A stretch of 64,000 nucleotides of DNA, from contig JACRFK010000004.1 in assembly GCA_016217925.1 (NCBI GenBank), forward strand, positions 46,435-110,434, given 5' to 3'. A program made the translations under genes and the position numbers. The DNA is from Candidatus Kaiserbacteria bacterium (GTDB taxonomy: Bacteria > Patescibacteriota > Minisyncoccia > Phycocordibacterales > UBA2100). Each line of letters opens with the position of its first letter. The stretch's first letter is position 1. Shown piece after piece: positions 18,066 to 27,994 of the stretch. The notes under the pieces were generated by a model, which did not search any database, was not told where the DNA came from, and worked only from the letters and a program-made list of their open reading frames with translations.

Positions 18066-18587
18066 TCAAAAGGCCCCCGAGAGCGTGAGCGAAAAACGCG
18101 CGCCGGGCTCTCCCGTGAGATCGCCGATGGGGATGGAGACCATCTTGAAAAGCGGGTCGGAGGAGAGCGCTTGGCGATATCCATTGATCGCTTCACGTGT
18201 CGCCGCAGAACCGGTAACCACGAGCGTTCCCGGCTCGTCTCCGGAATACGTAAGGTGATCGATCGTGATCGTGGAAGGTCGCAAAGAAAGTACTTTGGTT
18301 ATTGCGGCCGTCGGTGTCGTCGTCGCGACGAGGACCGGTGAAAGTGACGTGAGGATCGTTCGTATGGATGCGATCGCTGAGCGATCTGCATCGTTCACTG
18401 CTTTCGTAGAGGTACTCGTAGGAACGCCTGCGACATCGCCCGCATGGAGTGCGAGGTAGCTCGGCAATAGCGAAAGCGCACAGAGACTCGCAACGAAGAG
18501 CGCTGTGAACGAACCGGCAACTATGAAACGAGCGCGGTATGTGTTCCATACGGCTTTCTTTGCTTCTTTTGGGAGAATGTTGCTCAT
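18066..18587 (-). CDS. type IV pilus assembly protein PilN-like
   Basis: 173 aa; short cytoplasmic N-terminus (..AVWNTYRARF..) and one TM helix; start overlaps the pilM stop. Confidence 0.6.
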   Translation of the reverse strand: MSNILPKEAKKAVWNTYRARFIVAGSFTALFVASLCALSLLPSYLALHAGDVAGVPTSTSTKAVNDADRSAIASIRTILTSLSPVLVATTTPTAAITKVLSLRPSTITIDHLTYSGDEPGTLVVTGSAATREAINGYRQALSSDPLFKMVSIPIGDLTGEPGARFSLTLSGAF

Positions 18588-19726
18588 ATATGAAGTGACC
18601 GCATTGCAAGGCCAACGGCAGTCGCATACTGCAAAGAGGCACGACTATCGAGGGGTGGAATATATTCATCAAAGTCACACACGTGCTGCCATATATTGGC
18701 GACGTATGTAGGCGCTTGCACGCGCCCTGCGATGTAGTCCGGGAGCCCTTTCAGGTTCGCACTACCACCGACGATGAGGACCTGCCCGACTGGCGTCATG
18801 CGCTCACCTTTTTCGTTCCGGCGTGTGTCCCAGTAGTGATAGTGGCGCGCAACCTCATCAGCAAGGGCTGATGCCGTGCCAATTATGGCTTCGATACCCG
18901 GCGACTTGGGCCCCGCATCGGCAAGGAGGCCCTGTTCGTTCTTGAATATCTGCGTCTCTTCCGGTGACAAGGACAGCCCTTCTGCAACGGCACGAGTGAC
19001 CATATCGCCGCCGACCTCGACTGTTGAGGTAAAGATCGGTATGCCTCGCTTCAAGACGGCGAAACCCGTGCGTGCACGTCCAAAATCTACAAGGAGCGTG
19101 ACGGGTTCGTCTGCTGCATCTGAGGAGACAGCACGCGCGATGGAGCGCGCCTCGATCTCAAGCGAGAGGAGGCGGATGCCGGCGGCTTCAAACGCGGCAA
19201 CATAACTTTCTGCGAGCTCGCGCGCAAATACCGCAACGCCGATATCTTCCCCGGCGCCATCATCATGCCTTTGTATAACGTCGAAATCAAAAACCGCCGC
19301 TCCGGCGGCAATAGGGACCCGGCCCTCAAAGCCGAATTCGATCATGTTGATCGCTTGGTCATGGTCGGCACCTTCAGGTATATGCATCTCGAAGACGTAC
19401 GCCGCCTCCTCCGGCAATGCGGCATGTGCACAGTCGACGCCTCCGAAATATCTCTTGGCCTCAGCGAGCGCCGCCGCGAGCGCACCAACGTCTTGAACGA
19501 TCCCGTTCACAACAACACCTGTATCGAGGGGCATTTCACCGTATGACGCTATCCGATAACGACTTTTGAGCGGTGCAAGAATGAGCCACTTGATGGATGC
19601 GTCCGAAATGTCGACGCCTGCGGCGCGCGGATAAATCATCTCGGGTGTGGGGAACCACCGCGCAAATGTGCGCGACATTTTTCTTGCTGTGTTCCCAAAA
19701 CCAGAGCCACTCTTGAAGAGCTGCAT
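18584..19726 (-). CDS. pilM: type IV pilus assembly ATPase-like protein PilM (actin/HSP70 fold)
   Basis: 380 aa; PilM-type N-terminus ..VDISDASIKWLIL.. and glycine-rich nucleotide-binding segments; followed by pilN/pilO-like genes. Confidence 0.75.
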   Translation of the reverse strand: MQLFKSGSGFGNTARKMSRTFARWFPTPEMIYPRAAGVDISDASIKWLILAPLKSRYRIASYGEMPLDTGVVVNGIVQDVGALAAALAEAKRYFGGVDCAHAALPEEAAYVFEMHIPEGADHDQAINMIEFGFEGRVPIAAGAAVFDFDVIQRHDDGAGEDIGVAVFARELAESYVAAFEAAGIRLLSLEIEARSIARAVSSDAADEPVTLLVDFGRARTGFAVLKRGIPIFTSTVEVGGDMVTRAVAEGLSLSPEETQIFKNEQGLLADAGPKSPGIEAIIGTASALADEVARHYHYWDTRRNEKGERMTPVGQVLIVGGSANLKGLPDYIAGRVQAPTYVANIWQHVCDFDEYIPPLDSRASLQYATAVGLAMRSLHI

Positions 19727-19797
19727 GAGGCCAATTATACCCTGCGTATGGGCGTGTGAAGTGGGATTATTTCAATTCTGCTGCGCCCGTTGAAGCT

Positions 19798-20163
19798 TTA
19801 GCGAAGTCGGGTTCCGTTCGATACAGTGCGTTCCGCACTGATGAGCGCGACACCGCTCTCATCACTTGCGGCGAGAAGCATCCCCTGGCTCTCGACGCCG
19901 CGCAGCACGCGCGGTGCAAGATTTACGATGTACGGGAATTGCCGCCCGACTAATTCTTCGGGTTTTTTCCACTGTGCGATGCCAGAAACGATAGTGCGTT
20001 GTCCTAGCTCTTCTCCGAAATCGACGGTGCATTTGATGAGCTTATCTGTTTCCGGCACCAATTCTGCCGCAATGACGGTGCCGATGCGGATATCGAGCTT
20101 TGCAAAGTCCTCGTATGAAATCTCTTCCGTCATGAGTTGCAGTTTAACATTCACAAACTTCAA
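19798..20163 (-). CDS. tRNA-binding domain protein (CsaA/Trbp111/EMAP-like)
   Basis: 121 aa; ..FAKLDIRIGTVIAAE..KLIKCTVDFGEE.. is typical of the OB-fold tRNA-binding domain shared with the MetRS C-terminus. Confidence 0.75.
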   Translation of the reverse strand: MKFVNVKLQLMTEEISYEDFAKLDIRIGTVIAAELVPETDKLIKCTVDFGEELGQRTIVSGIAQWKKPEELVGRQFPYIVNLAPRVLRGVESQGMLLAASDESGVALISAERTVSNGTRLR

Positions 20164-20217
20164 GCGCGAATAAATTCCTATCTCTCACCACCGAGATAAA
20201 TAAGAATATCGCGCGGG

Positions 20218-20643
20218 TTACTTCTTCCCATGCATATCTAAAAACCTTTGCAGAATAACGGCCGCGGCGGCGGCATCATCGTGCCCCTTCCCTTCCGGCG
20301 CGTAGCGCGAGGCCTCTATCGAGCTCCACATTTCCCATACACGCTCGATGGGTACTGCAATCGCCCCTTCGAGCGCCGCGACGAACGCTTCAGCTTCCGC
20401 CGTAACCGGATTATCTTTGCCTCCGTGCGAACGGGTATCGCCGACGACGATGCTTCCGATTTTTTCATTCTTGACGAGTTTCTCTAGATGCGACAAGAGT
20501 TTGTCATCATTCGGGAGCGTCGCTCGTGGGAAAGCAATCGTGCCTGCCGCATCAGAAACAGCCACGCCGACGCGTTTTGTTCCGTAGTCAATCCCAAGAT
20601 ACTTCATCCCGCTCTTTCTATCCGAATAATCATCCGTTGGCAA
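20218..20643 (-). CDS. ruvX: putative pre-16S rRNA nuclease / Holliday-junction-resolvase-like YqgF (RuvX)
   Basis: 141 aa; YLGIDYGTKRVGVAVSD matches the RNase H-fold YqgF signature. Confidence 0.85.
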   Translation of the reverse strand: MPTDDYSDRKSGMKYLGIDYGTKRVGVAVSDAAGTIAFPRATLPNDDKLLSHLEKLVKNEKIGSIVVGDTRSHGGKDNPVTAEAEAFVAALEGAIAVPIERVWEMWSSIEASRYAPEGKGHDDAAAAAVILQRFLDMHGKK

Positions 20644-20668
20644 ACAGCGTGTGAAAGAGCGGGATTCA

Positions 20669-21109
20669 TCATATGAGTTTGGAGGTCTTGTACTGTTCCG
20701 GCTTAAATGCCTGCAACCTCACCACCTTCGCCTCGACACCCGCATCCGTCAAGTCGCGCTCGAGCCGGTCGACGAATTCCCCCGCCTGGTCATACCCGAG
20801 CGCGATTATGTCCGGCTTTGCCTCGGCGATGTGTTCGATGTAGCCGTCTTCCTGTCCCAGAACGACTTCGTCAACGAGCGTGTTGCGCGACAGTAGTGCG
20901 TGCCGCTCCTTTTCGGACCGTCGCGGCTTTGCCCCTTTGATGCGCATCACGATGGGATCGCGCGCGACGGAGACGATGAGGTGTGGATTGCGGGCGAGCG
21001 CACGCGCCTGTCGAAAAAAATCGACGTGTCCTTCATGGACCATGTCGAATGTGCCAAAAACCATGATGCGTGTCATGCCGTCTTTGTACTCCCTCCGATG
21101 AGCTCCCAC
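20669..21109 (-). CDS. cytidylyltransferase-family nucleotidyltransferase (HxGH); candidate RibL-like FMN adenylyltransferase
   Basis: 146 aa; [21 protein letters not shown] matches the (T/H)xGH nucleotidyltransferase motif of the CoaD/RibL/TagD family. Confidence 0.65.
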   Translation of the reverse strand: MGAHRREYKDGMTRIMVFGTFDMVHEGHVDFFRQARALARNPHLIVSVARDPIVMRIKGAKPRRSEKERHALLSRNTLVDEVVLGQEDGYIEHIAEAKPDIIALGYDQAGEFVDRLERDLTDAGVEAKVVRLQAFKPEQYKTSKLI

Positions 21110-21828
21110 AACAGGTCGAACTTTTGTTTCTCCGCCTCCGCGATACTTTTGCTTTCGATAACGACTGTCATCGTCTCTTCTGCGGCCGACAACATAACGA
21201 CCTTGTTATCGTATATAAGATTTGTGCCCTTAAAATGAAACTCCTTTGGAAGCCAGCGAACCTCCCGCAGTTCTTTCGCGTGATTCCGTTTTGCTAAGTC
21301 CTCGCGCATATCAGGAAAAACTAATCCTCGTATGCTGATGTTTTGTTTTATGCGAGTCGGGACATAATATTCGAGGTCGTATTTTTCTCCCACGGTCTTA
21401 TACGTTTCCGTGAGCGAACCGATGTAGCGCAACACATTCCCCGGCTTCTTGAGTGAATCTTCTATCGCCAGACGGTAACCCTCCTGTCCTTCGAAGTACG
21501 AGAGCTTCGGCCGCGTGCCTTTCTTTTTCTCAAGTGCCTTGAGTTGCGGAAGTGCGGCAGCAAGGTCGGTTAATTCTTTTTTGCGCAAAGAGTACAGAAC
21601 CTCCGGACTCATGGCGGCGAAGTGCGTACCTCCGCGCATTTTGAAACTGCCCATGACTCCTCGCTTCTCAAGACCTTTGAATATCTGATAAGCGGTCGAA
21701 CGTTTGATACCTGCTTGCTTCGCGAGCTTAGTCATCGGCGCATCGCCAAGGTTGAGGGCGGCCATATACAGGCCTGCTTCTTTCGGATTGAGGCCAATAG
21801 TCTCCAAGATCTCACTTATATGTTGCAT
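21073..21828 (-). CDS. TrmB-family transcriptional regulator
   Basis: 251 aa; N-terminal winged HTH (..[49 protein letters not shown]..) and C-terminal TrmB-like domain. Confidence 0.7.
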   Translation of the reverse strand: MQHISEILETIGLNPKEAGLYMAALNLGDAPMTKLAKQAGIKRSTAYQIFKGLEKRGVMGSFKMRGGTHFAAMSPEVLYSLRKKELTDLAAALPQLKALEKKKGTRPKLSYFEGQEGYRLAIEDSLKKPGNVLRYIGSLTETYKTVGEKYDLEYYVPTRIKQNISIRGLVFPDMREDLAKRNHAKELREVRWLPKEFHFKGTNLIYDNKVVMLSAAEETMTVVIESKSIAEAEKQKFDLLWELIGGSTKTA

Positions 21829-22008
21829 GTTGTCGTCTTTTCGGACAACATTATATTAATCAACATATCCTATTATGTCAAGCAAATAGAGGGCTAAATA
21901 AACCATGCCGAGTAGGACTTCTTATTGATGTCGTATTTGCTGGATAATATTTACCCTTTGAAATAAAATTCCAGCGTTCCCTGACAACTGAATCTGAGGA
22001 GGTGTCCT

Positions 22009-22347
22009 ATGCTCAAGCTTGTGCGCTGGGTTAAAGCTGAATTCCCCTCCATCCTTGGTTTTCTCGTCTTAATCGCATTGCTCTTCGCCGCACGGGAGTT
22101 CACCCACCCGACACTTGGGTGGAAGGCTAATGTCCGATGGGAAAACGGACCGGCGGTGCTTTACGTCGACACGGTCACTGGGTGGTGTTCGGTGCACCAA
22201 ACCTCAAACCGACTAACGCCGAGCCTCGCGGGACCCTTAATCATCACTCTGCCATGCGGTGAGCTCTTTCCCCTGCTCGTGTATGAACTCAACCGGCCGC
22301 GGAAACGCGGCCGGATTCTTTATTTTATGAGCGGGTTTCTTCCGTAA
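22009..22347 (+). CDS. small hypothetical membrane/secreted protein
   Basis: 112 aa; canonical GGAGG Shine-Dalgarno 7 nt upstream of the ATG; N-terminal hydrophobic segment. Confidence 0.35.
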   Translation: MLKLVRWVKAEFPSILGFLVLIALLFAAREFTHPTLGWKANVRWENGPAVLYVDTVTGWCSVHQTSNRLTPSLAGPLIITLPCGELFPLLVYELNRPRKRGRILYFMSGFLP

Positions 22348-23320
22348 GCACTTCCCTGTTTACCCTTGAAAGCATGAGCATTGCGATGAGAAGCAGAATC
22401 GTGCCAATCCATTGCCCGATGTAGAGGCCGAAGTAGGTGCCTGCGGCCTGATTGCCTGGGATGAAGTAGGCGTTTACAAATACTGCGGCGAGTGGAAAGC
22501 CGAGCTCGGCAATCGTTGCGATAGAGGCTTTGGTAAATTGGAGTCCGTAGTAGTAGAGGAAGAGTGAGAAGACGCCCGAGGTGAGCGCGACAATGAAGAG
22601 GAAGAGCACATCGGTGCCTGTAATGACGCCGGGAGCGGGGAATGTGCCTTGGGCTGCGTTGAGAACAATGAGGAAAATGAGTCCGACAATGAAGCGCAGC
22701 GATGTGAGCGTCTGGAATGCCGCCGTGCGCAACACGTATTTACCGAAGACGGTCGAGGCGCCCCACAGCGCGGCGGCGGTAAGCGCGAGCGCAGAGCCTA
22801 TGAAATTAGGGTTGAAGGCTTCGCCCGCATACAATTGCGGTACGAGATTGGGGAAACTCACAAGGTAGGCGGCGCCGAGCGCAACCGCTGTCCAGAGCCA
22901 GAAATTCTTGTGCATGCGCTCGCCGAGCATCCACCACGCGAGCGCGATGGCAATAAGCGGCTGGATTTTTTGGAGCACGATGGAAACGGACGGATTTACA
23001 TAGTGGAACGATTCCGTGAAGGCAACCGCCGCGAGCGCCGAGCCGCAGACGCCGATAAAAAGGATGGCGAACCACTCGCGGGAGGAGATATTCTTAAGAT
23101 GCCCCCAATTGAAAAGCAAGATGGGAATCGCGATGAGACTGGAGATGACGTGCTCACTGAGGACGATGAAGTTGGAGCTGAGCCCCTGCGTGAGGTGCGT
23201 GCGGAACGGAGCGTCGGTGGCCCAGAGTGCCGCCGCGAGAAAGACGAGTGCGGGCCCAAAAAGAACGATGGAGCGTGAAGCGGACATATGCTTACAATAA
23301 TGCCATATCGAGGGCAGCAT
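22325..23320 (-). CDS. EamA/DMT-family transporter (possible RibN-like riboflavin transporter given context)
   Basis: 331 aa; 10 predicted TM helices in two EamA repeats; adjacent to ribH. Confidence 0.75.
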   Translation of the reverse strand: MLPSIWHYCKHMSASRSIVLFGPALVFLAAALWATDAPFRTHLTQGLSSNFIVLSEHVISSLIAIPILLFNWGHLKNISSREWFAILFIGVCGSALAAVAFTESFHYVNPSVSIVLQKIQPLIAIALAWWMLGERMHKNFWLWTAVALGAAYLVSFPNLVPQLYAGEAFNPNFIGSALALTAAALWGASTVFGKYVLRTAAFQTLTSLRFIVGLIFLIVLNAAQGTFPAPGVITGTDVLFLFIVALTSGVFSLFLYYYGLQFTKASIATIAELGFPLAAVFVNAYFIPGNQAAGTYFGLYIGQWIGTILLLIAMLMLSRVNREVLTEETRS

Positions 23321-23771
23321 TCGCCGCCTCTATCCCCTTGTTCGTTTTTCCCTGCGAGCGGGCCTTCGCCTGCGCGAGGTTGTTGGTCGTGATGACGCCG
23401 AATGATATGGGAAGCGCGTGGTCGAGCGAAAGGCGCATGAGCCCCCCTGAAACTGCCGTCGCAAGATACCGATCGTGTTCGGTCTCTCCTTTTATGATGC
23501 ACCCGATCGTGATGACTGCATCGAGTTTTTGTCTTTTTATCAGCTTCAGGCATGCCAGGGGTATCTCGAAGGCACCGGGCACCCGCACGATATGCGTGTT
23601 CGCCTCTTTCACACCCCACTTATGCAGGGTCTCGAGCGCCCCCGTGAGCATGAGGTCGGTAATATCTTCATTGAATCGGGAGACGACGACGCCGACCCGT
23701 AATTTGGAGGCATCACGCACGGCGCGCTTTTTTGTATATTCTTTTCGCTGCATTGCGCCCCACTCTAGCAC
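23292..23771 (-). CDS. ribH: 6,7-dimethyl-8-ribityllumazine synthase
   Basis: 159 aa; VGVVVSRFNEDITDLMLTGALETL..VPGAFEIP is the canonical lumazine synthase core. Confidence 0.9.
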   Translation of the reverse strand: MLEWGAMQRKEYTKKRAVRDASKLRVGVVVSRFNEDITDLMLTGALETLHKWGVKEANTHIVRVPGAFEIPLACLKLIKRQKLDAVITIGCIIKGETEHDRYLATAVSGGLMRLSLDHALPISFGVITTNNLAQAKARSQGKTNKGIEAANAALDMALL

Positions 23772-24357
23772 GAGTGGCGGCCCTCAGGAGGCGAACAGTG
23801 TGATCGAGCTCTACGTTGACCTGGTCACCCACGGTAAGAAGACCAAGGTTCGTGCGCCTGATCGTATGAGGGATGAGTGCCACGACGATGGTGGCACCTC
23901 TTTTGCGGGCTATCGTGAGACTCGCTCCGTTGATTGCGACGGACCCGCGGAGTGCGATCGACCTTCTCTGAACAGGTGGGACGGCAATGATGAGCTCACG
24001 TGAGTTCCCTTTCTCTACCACACCAATAATACGCGTCCGCACATCCACATGCCCCTGCATGAGATGCCCCTCGACGCGATTGCCGTATACGAGCGAACGT
24101 TCGAGATTCACCATTCCTCCCTTCGCGAAAAATCCTGCCGTTGTTTTCGAAAGCGTTTCTGGTATGTACTCGACAAGAAAAGTATTTCTTCTAAATGTCA
24201 CAACAGTGGAGCAGATGCCGTCGATAGAGACGCTCTGTCCCCTTGAGAGGTTCCAACCATTCGGTTTTTTTATGCAGACACGTAGACACGAACCGTGCGT
24301 TTTCACGGAATCGATCTTTGCGGTCTTCTCGACAATGCCGGTAAACATGAGCGTCAA
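23713..24357 (-). CDS. ribE: riboflavin synthase alpha subunit
   Basis: 214 aa; N-terminal MFTGIVE and internal repeat of the lumazine-binding barrel (..HLMQGHVD..). Confidence 0.88.
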   Translation of the reverse strand: MTLMFTGIVEKTAKIDSVKTHGSCLRVCIKKPNGWNLSRGQSVSIDGICSTVVTFRRNTFLVEYIPETLSKTTAGFFAKGGMVNLERSLVYGNRVEGHLMQGHVDVRTRIIGVVEKGNSRELIIAVPPVQRRSIALRGSVAINGASLTIARKRGATIVVALIPHTIRRTNLGLLTVGDQVNVELDHTVRLLRAATRARVGRNAAKRIYKKARRA

Positions 24358-24695
24358 TCCTTAAAGTGTTCGCGGGCCTTCTTGATATCCTCCGCGATCG
24401 CTTCTTCCAATTTTGCATCATCCGTAAACCTCTTGTTCTCCCGTATTTTTTTCAATAGGTGGATCTTTACATTCCATCCGTAAAGGTCCTTGGAGAAATC
24501 GAAGACGTGCGCTTCCAGAACCTTCCGCTTCTGGTCGGCAAACGCGACCGCTTCGTACTCTTCTTCACCAATTTTTACGAGCGCCGCATAAATGCCGGAA
24601 ACGCCTTCGTCCGTAAGCGGAATATTTATCGTCGGGTATCCAAGCGCGGCCGCACGCCGCGAACCCGCCTCTACGATGCCTGTGTACGTATCCAT
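24354..24695 (-). CDS. ribK: riboflavin kinase (monofunctional, RibF C-terminal-domain type)
   Basis: From internal Met MDTYTGIVEAGSRRAAALGYPTINIP... (~113 aa) = riboflavin kinase domain. The 85-aa upstream extension in the ORF track overlaps the AKR gene and is rejected. Confidence 0.75.
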   Translation of the reverse strand: MDTYTGIVEAGSRRAAALGYPTINIPLTDEGVSGIYAALVKIGEEEYEAVAFADQKRKVLEAHVFDFSKDLYGWNVKIHLLKKIRENKRFTDDAKLEEAIAEDIKKAREHFKD

Positions 24696-24702
24696 AAAAA
24701 TA

Positions 24703-25629
24703 TCAATCGAAGTACGGGACCTGGCCCCATTGATACGGGTCGACGATTCGTAAGCCCCGCTCGAGACCCGCGATTGCGTGCATGTCTCCCTCCGATAATT
24801 CGAAATCAAATACGTCGATGTTCTCTTTGATTCTTTCGGGGTGCGTACTTTTGGGAATAACGACCGTGTTTCTTTGTATCCCCCATCGGAGCAACACCTG
24901 TGCGGGAGTTTTGCCGTGCGCTCTCGCGATACTGCGGATAATTTTTTCATCTACCAATCGCGCGGACATTTCTTCGTAGCCCGGCCGCGCGAGCGGAGAA
25001 TACGCGGTGACGACCATCCCGAGCCGCTGGCAGAAATCGAGCAGGCGCGTCTGCTGCAGGTACGGATGCAGCTCTATCTGATTCACGGCGGGCTGAATTC
25101 GCGCGTACGAAAATAGGTCGAGCAGAAGCGGGGCCGTGAAATTCGCGACGCCTATCGCTTTTACCAATCCTGCGTCGACGAGTTCTTCCATCGCTTCCCA
25201 TGTCTCGCGTATCGAGACCTTCTCAACGACGAGGTGGCCGTTTTCGTCATACGTGTGGCCGCCTTTGGGCTCAGCGATGCCCCAGTGCACGAGGTAGAGG
25301 TCGAGGTAATCGAGCTGGAGGTCGTGAAGCGTCGCTTCGCATGCGGCGCGGACATCACCTCGCGCGTGCTCGGTGTCCCACAGTTTACTGGTGATGAAAA
25401 CATCTTCGCGCCGCAGAGAGCCACCACCAAAAACACTGCCGAAGGCCTCACCGATCTCTCTTTCGTTGCCGTAAATGGGCGCGCAGTCGATATGCCGGTA
25501 GCCGCACTTGGTGAGCGCATACCCGACCGCCTGCCCGGCCTCGCTTGGTGCGGATTTCCACGTACCGAGACCGACCATGGGCATAGCGACACCAGTATGC
25601 AAGGTGAGATGGCCGGAAGGAGAACTCAT
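24703..25629 (-). CDS. aldo/keto reductase family oxidoreductase
   Basis: 308 aa; AKR signatures (..MPMVGLGTW.., ..LQLDYLDLYLVHW.., ..IPKSTHPERIKEN..). Confidence 0.88.
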   Translation of the reverse strand: MSSPSGHLTLHTGVAMPMVGLGTWKSAPSEAGQAVGYALTKCGYRHIDCAPIYGNEREIGEAFGSVFGGGSLRREDVFITSKLWDTEHARGDVRAACEATLHDLQLDYLDLYLVHWGIAEPKGGHTYDENGHLVVEKVSIRETWEAMEELVDAGLVKAIGVANFTAPLLLDLFSYARIQPAVNQIELHPYLQQTRLLDFCQRLGMVVTAYSPLARPGYEEMSARLVDEKIIRSIARAHGKTPAQVLLRWGIQRNTVVIPKSTHPERIKENIDVFDFELSEGDMHAIAGLERGLRIVDPYQWGQVPYFD

Positions 25630-25688
25630 ACATGCAATCTTAAAAGAAGTTCCCTGTTTAGTCGACCACGCGATGCAACCTTGCCACG

Positions 25689-27140
25689 TTAGCCGTGAAT
25701 AGAGGCGTGTTGGCGGATGTACTGGCGCAGCTGTTCGGCGTCAACGTCGATAACATGGAATGCGTTCTCTGGCAGCGCTTTTTCAAGGTCTTTGAATCTT
25801 GCCGGCCGCTCGGGGATGAAGCCAAGAGCTTCTTTGATGGTGTCCTCAAATTTTACGGGAAGCGCCGTCCCCATGCAGACCATGGGTATGCCGTCGGATT
25901 TTTTCTCCCGAAAACCTACCGAGACGGCGTCGGCGGTGTGCGGGTCAATGACATACGAGCATTTCTCATAGACGTCCCGTATCGCCTGCAAACGATTTGC
26001 GTGTGTGGAGCTATCGCTCGAGAATCCGAGCTTTGCGAAATCTTCCGGGCCCGCACCGTAATCCTTCAGATCAACACGCTTCTTCGATTCAAATTCCTTC
26101 ATGTACTTGGTGAGCGCCGCGGCATCTCTTTTGAGCACATCAAACGCCAAGCGCTCGTAATTCGATGCTTTCGAAATATCCATCGACGGGCTTGAGGTGA
26201 CCTGAGCGGGAGCCAATTCGTAGACGCCCGTTTTGAAAAGTTTGTCGAGTACGTTGTTTTCATTGGTCGCGACCACGAGGCGGTGTATCGGTACGCCCAT
26301 ACGCTTCGCGATGTAGGCCGAAAGCATGTCGCCAAAATTCCCGCTCGGTACGACGAGATCAACCGGGTCGCCAACCTGCGTCGCCGCTTGCAGATATCCG
26401 GAAACAAAGTACGGAACCTGCGAGGAAATGCGGCCCCAGTTGATGGAATTGACCGCACCGAGCTTGGAGAACTCCTCCTCTCCCTTCAGCTCTTTCACCA
26501 GGTCCTGACAATCATCGAAACGCCCGCGGACACTCACATTGAAAATATTGCCGCCACTCAACGAGCCCATTTGCGCTTTTTGGAAGGCACTCATCCCCAC
26601 TTCCGGGCTCAGCATGAAAAGCGTCACGGTGCCAAGCCCCTTGAAAGCCGCTTCGGCGGCAGAGCCCGTGTCTCCTGACGTGGCTCCGAGAATGGTCAAA
26701 TGCTCACCCCGTTTTTTGAGCTCGTAATCCATTTCCTGCCCGAGCTGTTGCATGGCCATATCCTTGAACGCGGCGGTCGGGCCGAGCGAGAGTTGTTGAA
26801 CATAGAAATTATCTTCTACGCGAATGAGCGGGACAATATTTCCGCCCTCCGCCGCGCCGAACGAATCTTCCGAATACGCCCTGTCTATCATCCCGTGCAA
26901 TTCCTCGTCGAGGATATCGCCGTCAATCAACTTCTTCTTCACCGTAAATGCGATATCCCGGTACGAAGCGCCCGTGAGCGTTGCCAACTCCGGGTGCGGG
27001 AACTGCGGATATTCCGACGGCACATAGAGTCCGCCGTCGGGCGCGAGGCCTGCAAGCAGCACGTCGGAGTACGACAGTCCTTTTTTCGAGCTATCGCGTG
27101 TGCTTATCATTTTCATATCCTCATGCCGGCAATTGCGCAC
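25689..27140 (-). CDS. thrC: threonine synthase
   Basis: 483 aa; PLP-lysine motif GPTAAFKDMA; overall long-form ThrC. Confidence 0.88.
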   Translation of the reverse strand: MRNCRHEDMKMISTRDSSKKGLSYSDVLLAGLAPDGGLYVPSEYPQFPHPELATLTGASYRDIAFTVKKKLIDGDILDEELHGMIDRAYSEDSFGAAEGGNIVPLIRVEDNFYVQQLSLGPTAAFKDMAMQQLGQEMDYELKKRGEHLTILGATSGDTGSAAEAAFKGLGTVTLFMLSPEVGMSAFQKAQMGSLSGGNIFNVSVRGRFDDCQDLVKELKGEEEFSKLGAVNSINWGRISSQVPYFVSGYLQAATQVGDPVDLVVPSGNFGDMLSAYIAKRMGVPIHRLVVATNENNVLDKLFKTGVYELAPAQVTSSPSMDISKASNYERLAFDVLKRDAAALTKYMKEFESKKRVDLKDYGAGPEDFAKLGFSSDSSTHANRLQAIRDVYEKCSYVIDPHTADAVSVGFREKKSDGIPMVCMGTALPVKFEDTIKEALGFIPERPARFKDLEKALPENAFHVIDVDAEQLRQYIRQHASIHG

Positions 27141-27774
27141 GTATCATCGCTATTGTCTCCTTACCACTCTTATCATACAGGTCATCCGCGGAGACGTTGA
27201 CGTGCGCCATGGCGCGATACTTTTTGAGACGATCCCGCAGGAGAGCCGGGAAACACCGCTCGAGCGTCTGCTTCTCGGTTTCTCCCTTTTTCTGCACGTA
27301 CATACCGTTCCATACTACCGGCTTCGGCTTCTCGAAGAATTTCTGTATCATCGTCTCAATGTACTCCTCCCCCGCTTCGAGGTTCACGATGAGGCAATTC
27401 TCCTGCAGCCATTCGGTCGTTGCTTTGTCGAGATAGATAACGCTCCCCGTCGTATCGAACACGAGATTCCTGTCAGTATCGATGAAATCCACCTTCGTGT
27501 GCTTCGCCTCCGAATCCAGATAGATGCGCTCGCGCTCCTGGTACGTGTCGGCGCTTGGCAGGCCAAGCCACCCCGCAATCTCCTCCATGCCGGAAAAGCC
27601 GAGAGATTTTATTATTTCCTTATCCACCTGATACCAGTCGAATCCAGATTGGTCGCGAAGTACCTTGGAGCGAAAGCTTTTCCCGACATTCGACATGCCG
27701 ACGAAGGCGATGCGGAGCGTATTTTCCGCGAGATGTGCGCCAAATTCTGCTTGTGTGAGCAGCGCGAGGTCCAT
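27121..27774 (-). CDS. P-loop kinase (shikimate/gluconate-kinase-like fold), function unknown
   Basis: 217 aa; Walker A GMSNVGKS and a DTTGS motif similar to the shikimate kinase lid; overlaps thrC start by 20 nt. Confidence 0.55.
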   Translation of the reverse strand: MDLALLTQAEFGAHLAENTLRIAFVGMSNVGKSFRSKVLRDQSGFDWYQVDKEIIKSLGFSGMEEIAGWLGLPSADTYQERERIYLDSEAKHTKVDFIDTDRNLVFDTTGSVIYLDKATTEWLQENCLIVNLEAGEEYIETMIQKFFEKPKPVVWNGMYVQKKGETEKQTLERCFPALLRDRLKKYRAMAHVNVSADDLYDKSGKETIAMIRAQLPA

Positions 27775-27852
27775 TCGCGCAACACTACAACATTTCTATA
27801 CATTAGAGAAATCGTCACTGTGTAGTAGATTTTGTGGTACAACACTCTCTAG

Positions 27853-27938
27853 GGAGGGGTGGCGGAGTTGGTCTATCGCACTTGTCTTGAAAACAAGAGT
27901 GTCGCAAGGCACCGTGGGTTCGAATCCCACCCCCTCCG
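27853..27938 (+). tRNA. tRNA-Ser (TGA), class II
   Basis: Acceptor GGAGGGG/CCCCTCC, anticodon stem CTTGT/ACAAG with loop CTTGAAA (TGA), long variable arm, T-arm GTGGG-TTCGAAT-CCCAC, discriminator G. Confidence 0.8.
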
Positions 27939-27994
27939 CAGATGTACACAGGGGCCGATTGAGTCCGCAGATAGAGGCGGTACAATGCTCGCAT

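Noticed and set aside
24696-24950. 85-codon N-terminal extension of the riboflavin kinase ORF (24354..24950)
   Set aside because: It overlaps the 3' end of the aldo/keto reductase gene on the same strand in another frame. The kinase domain begins at the internal Met (24695).
27665-27994. N-terminal 110 codons of the ORF-track pilin call (27665..28405), plus ORFs 27796..28131 and 27815..28009 (-)
   Set aside because: They overlap tRNA-Ser (27853-27938). The conserved prepilin leader MKKQQGFTLIEL begins at 27995 with its own -10 box, so the extension is an artefact of the longest-ORF rule.
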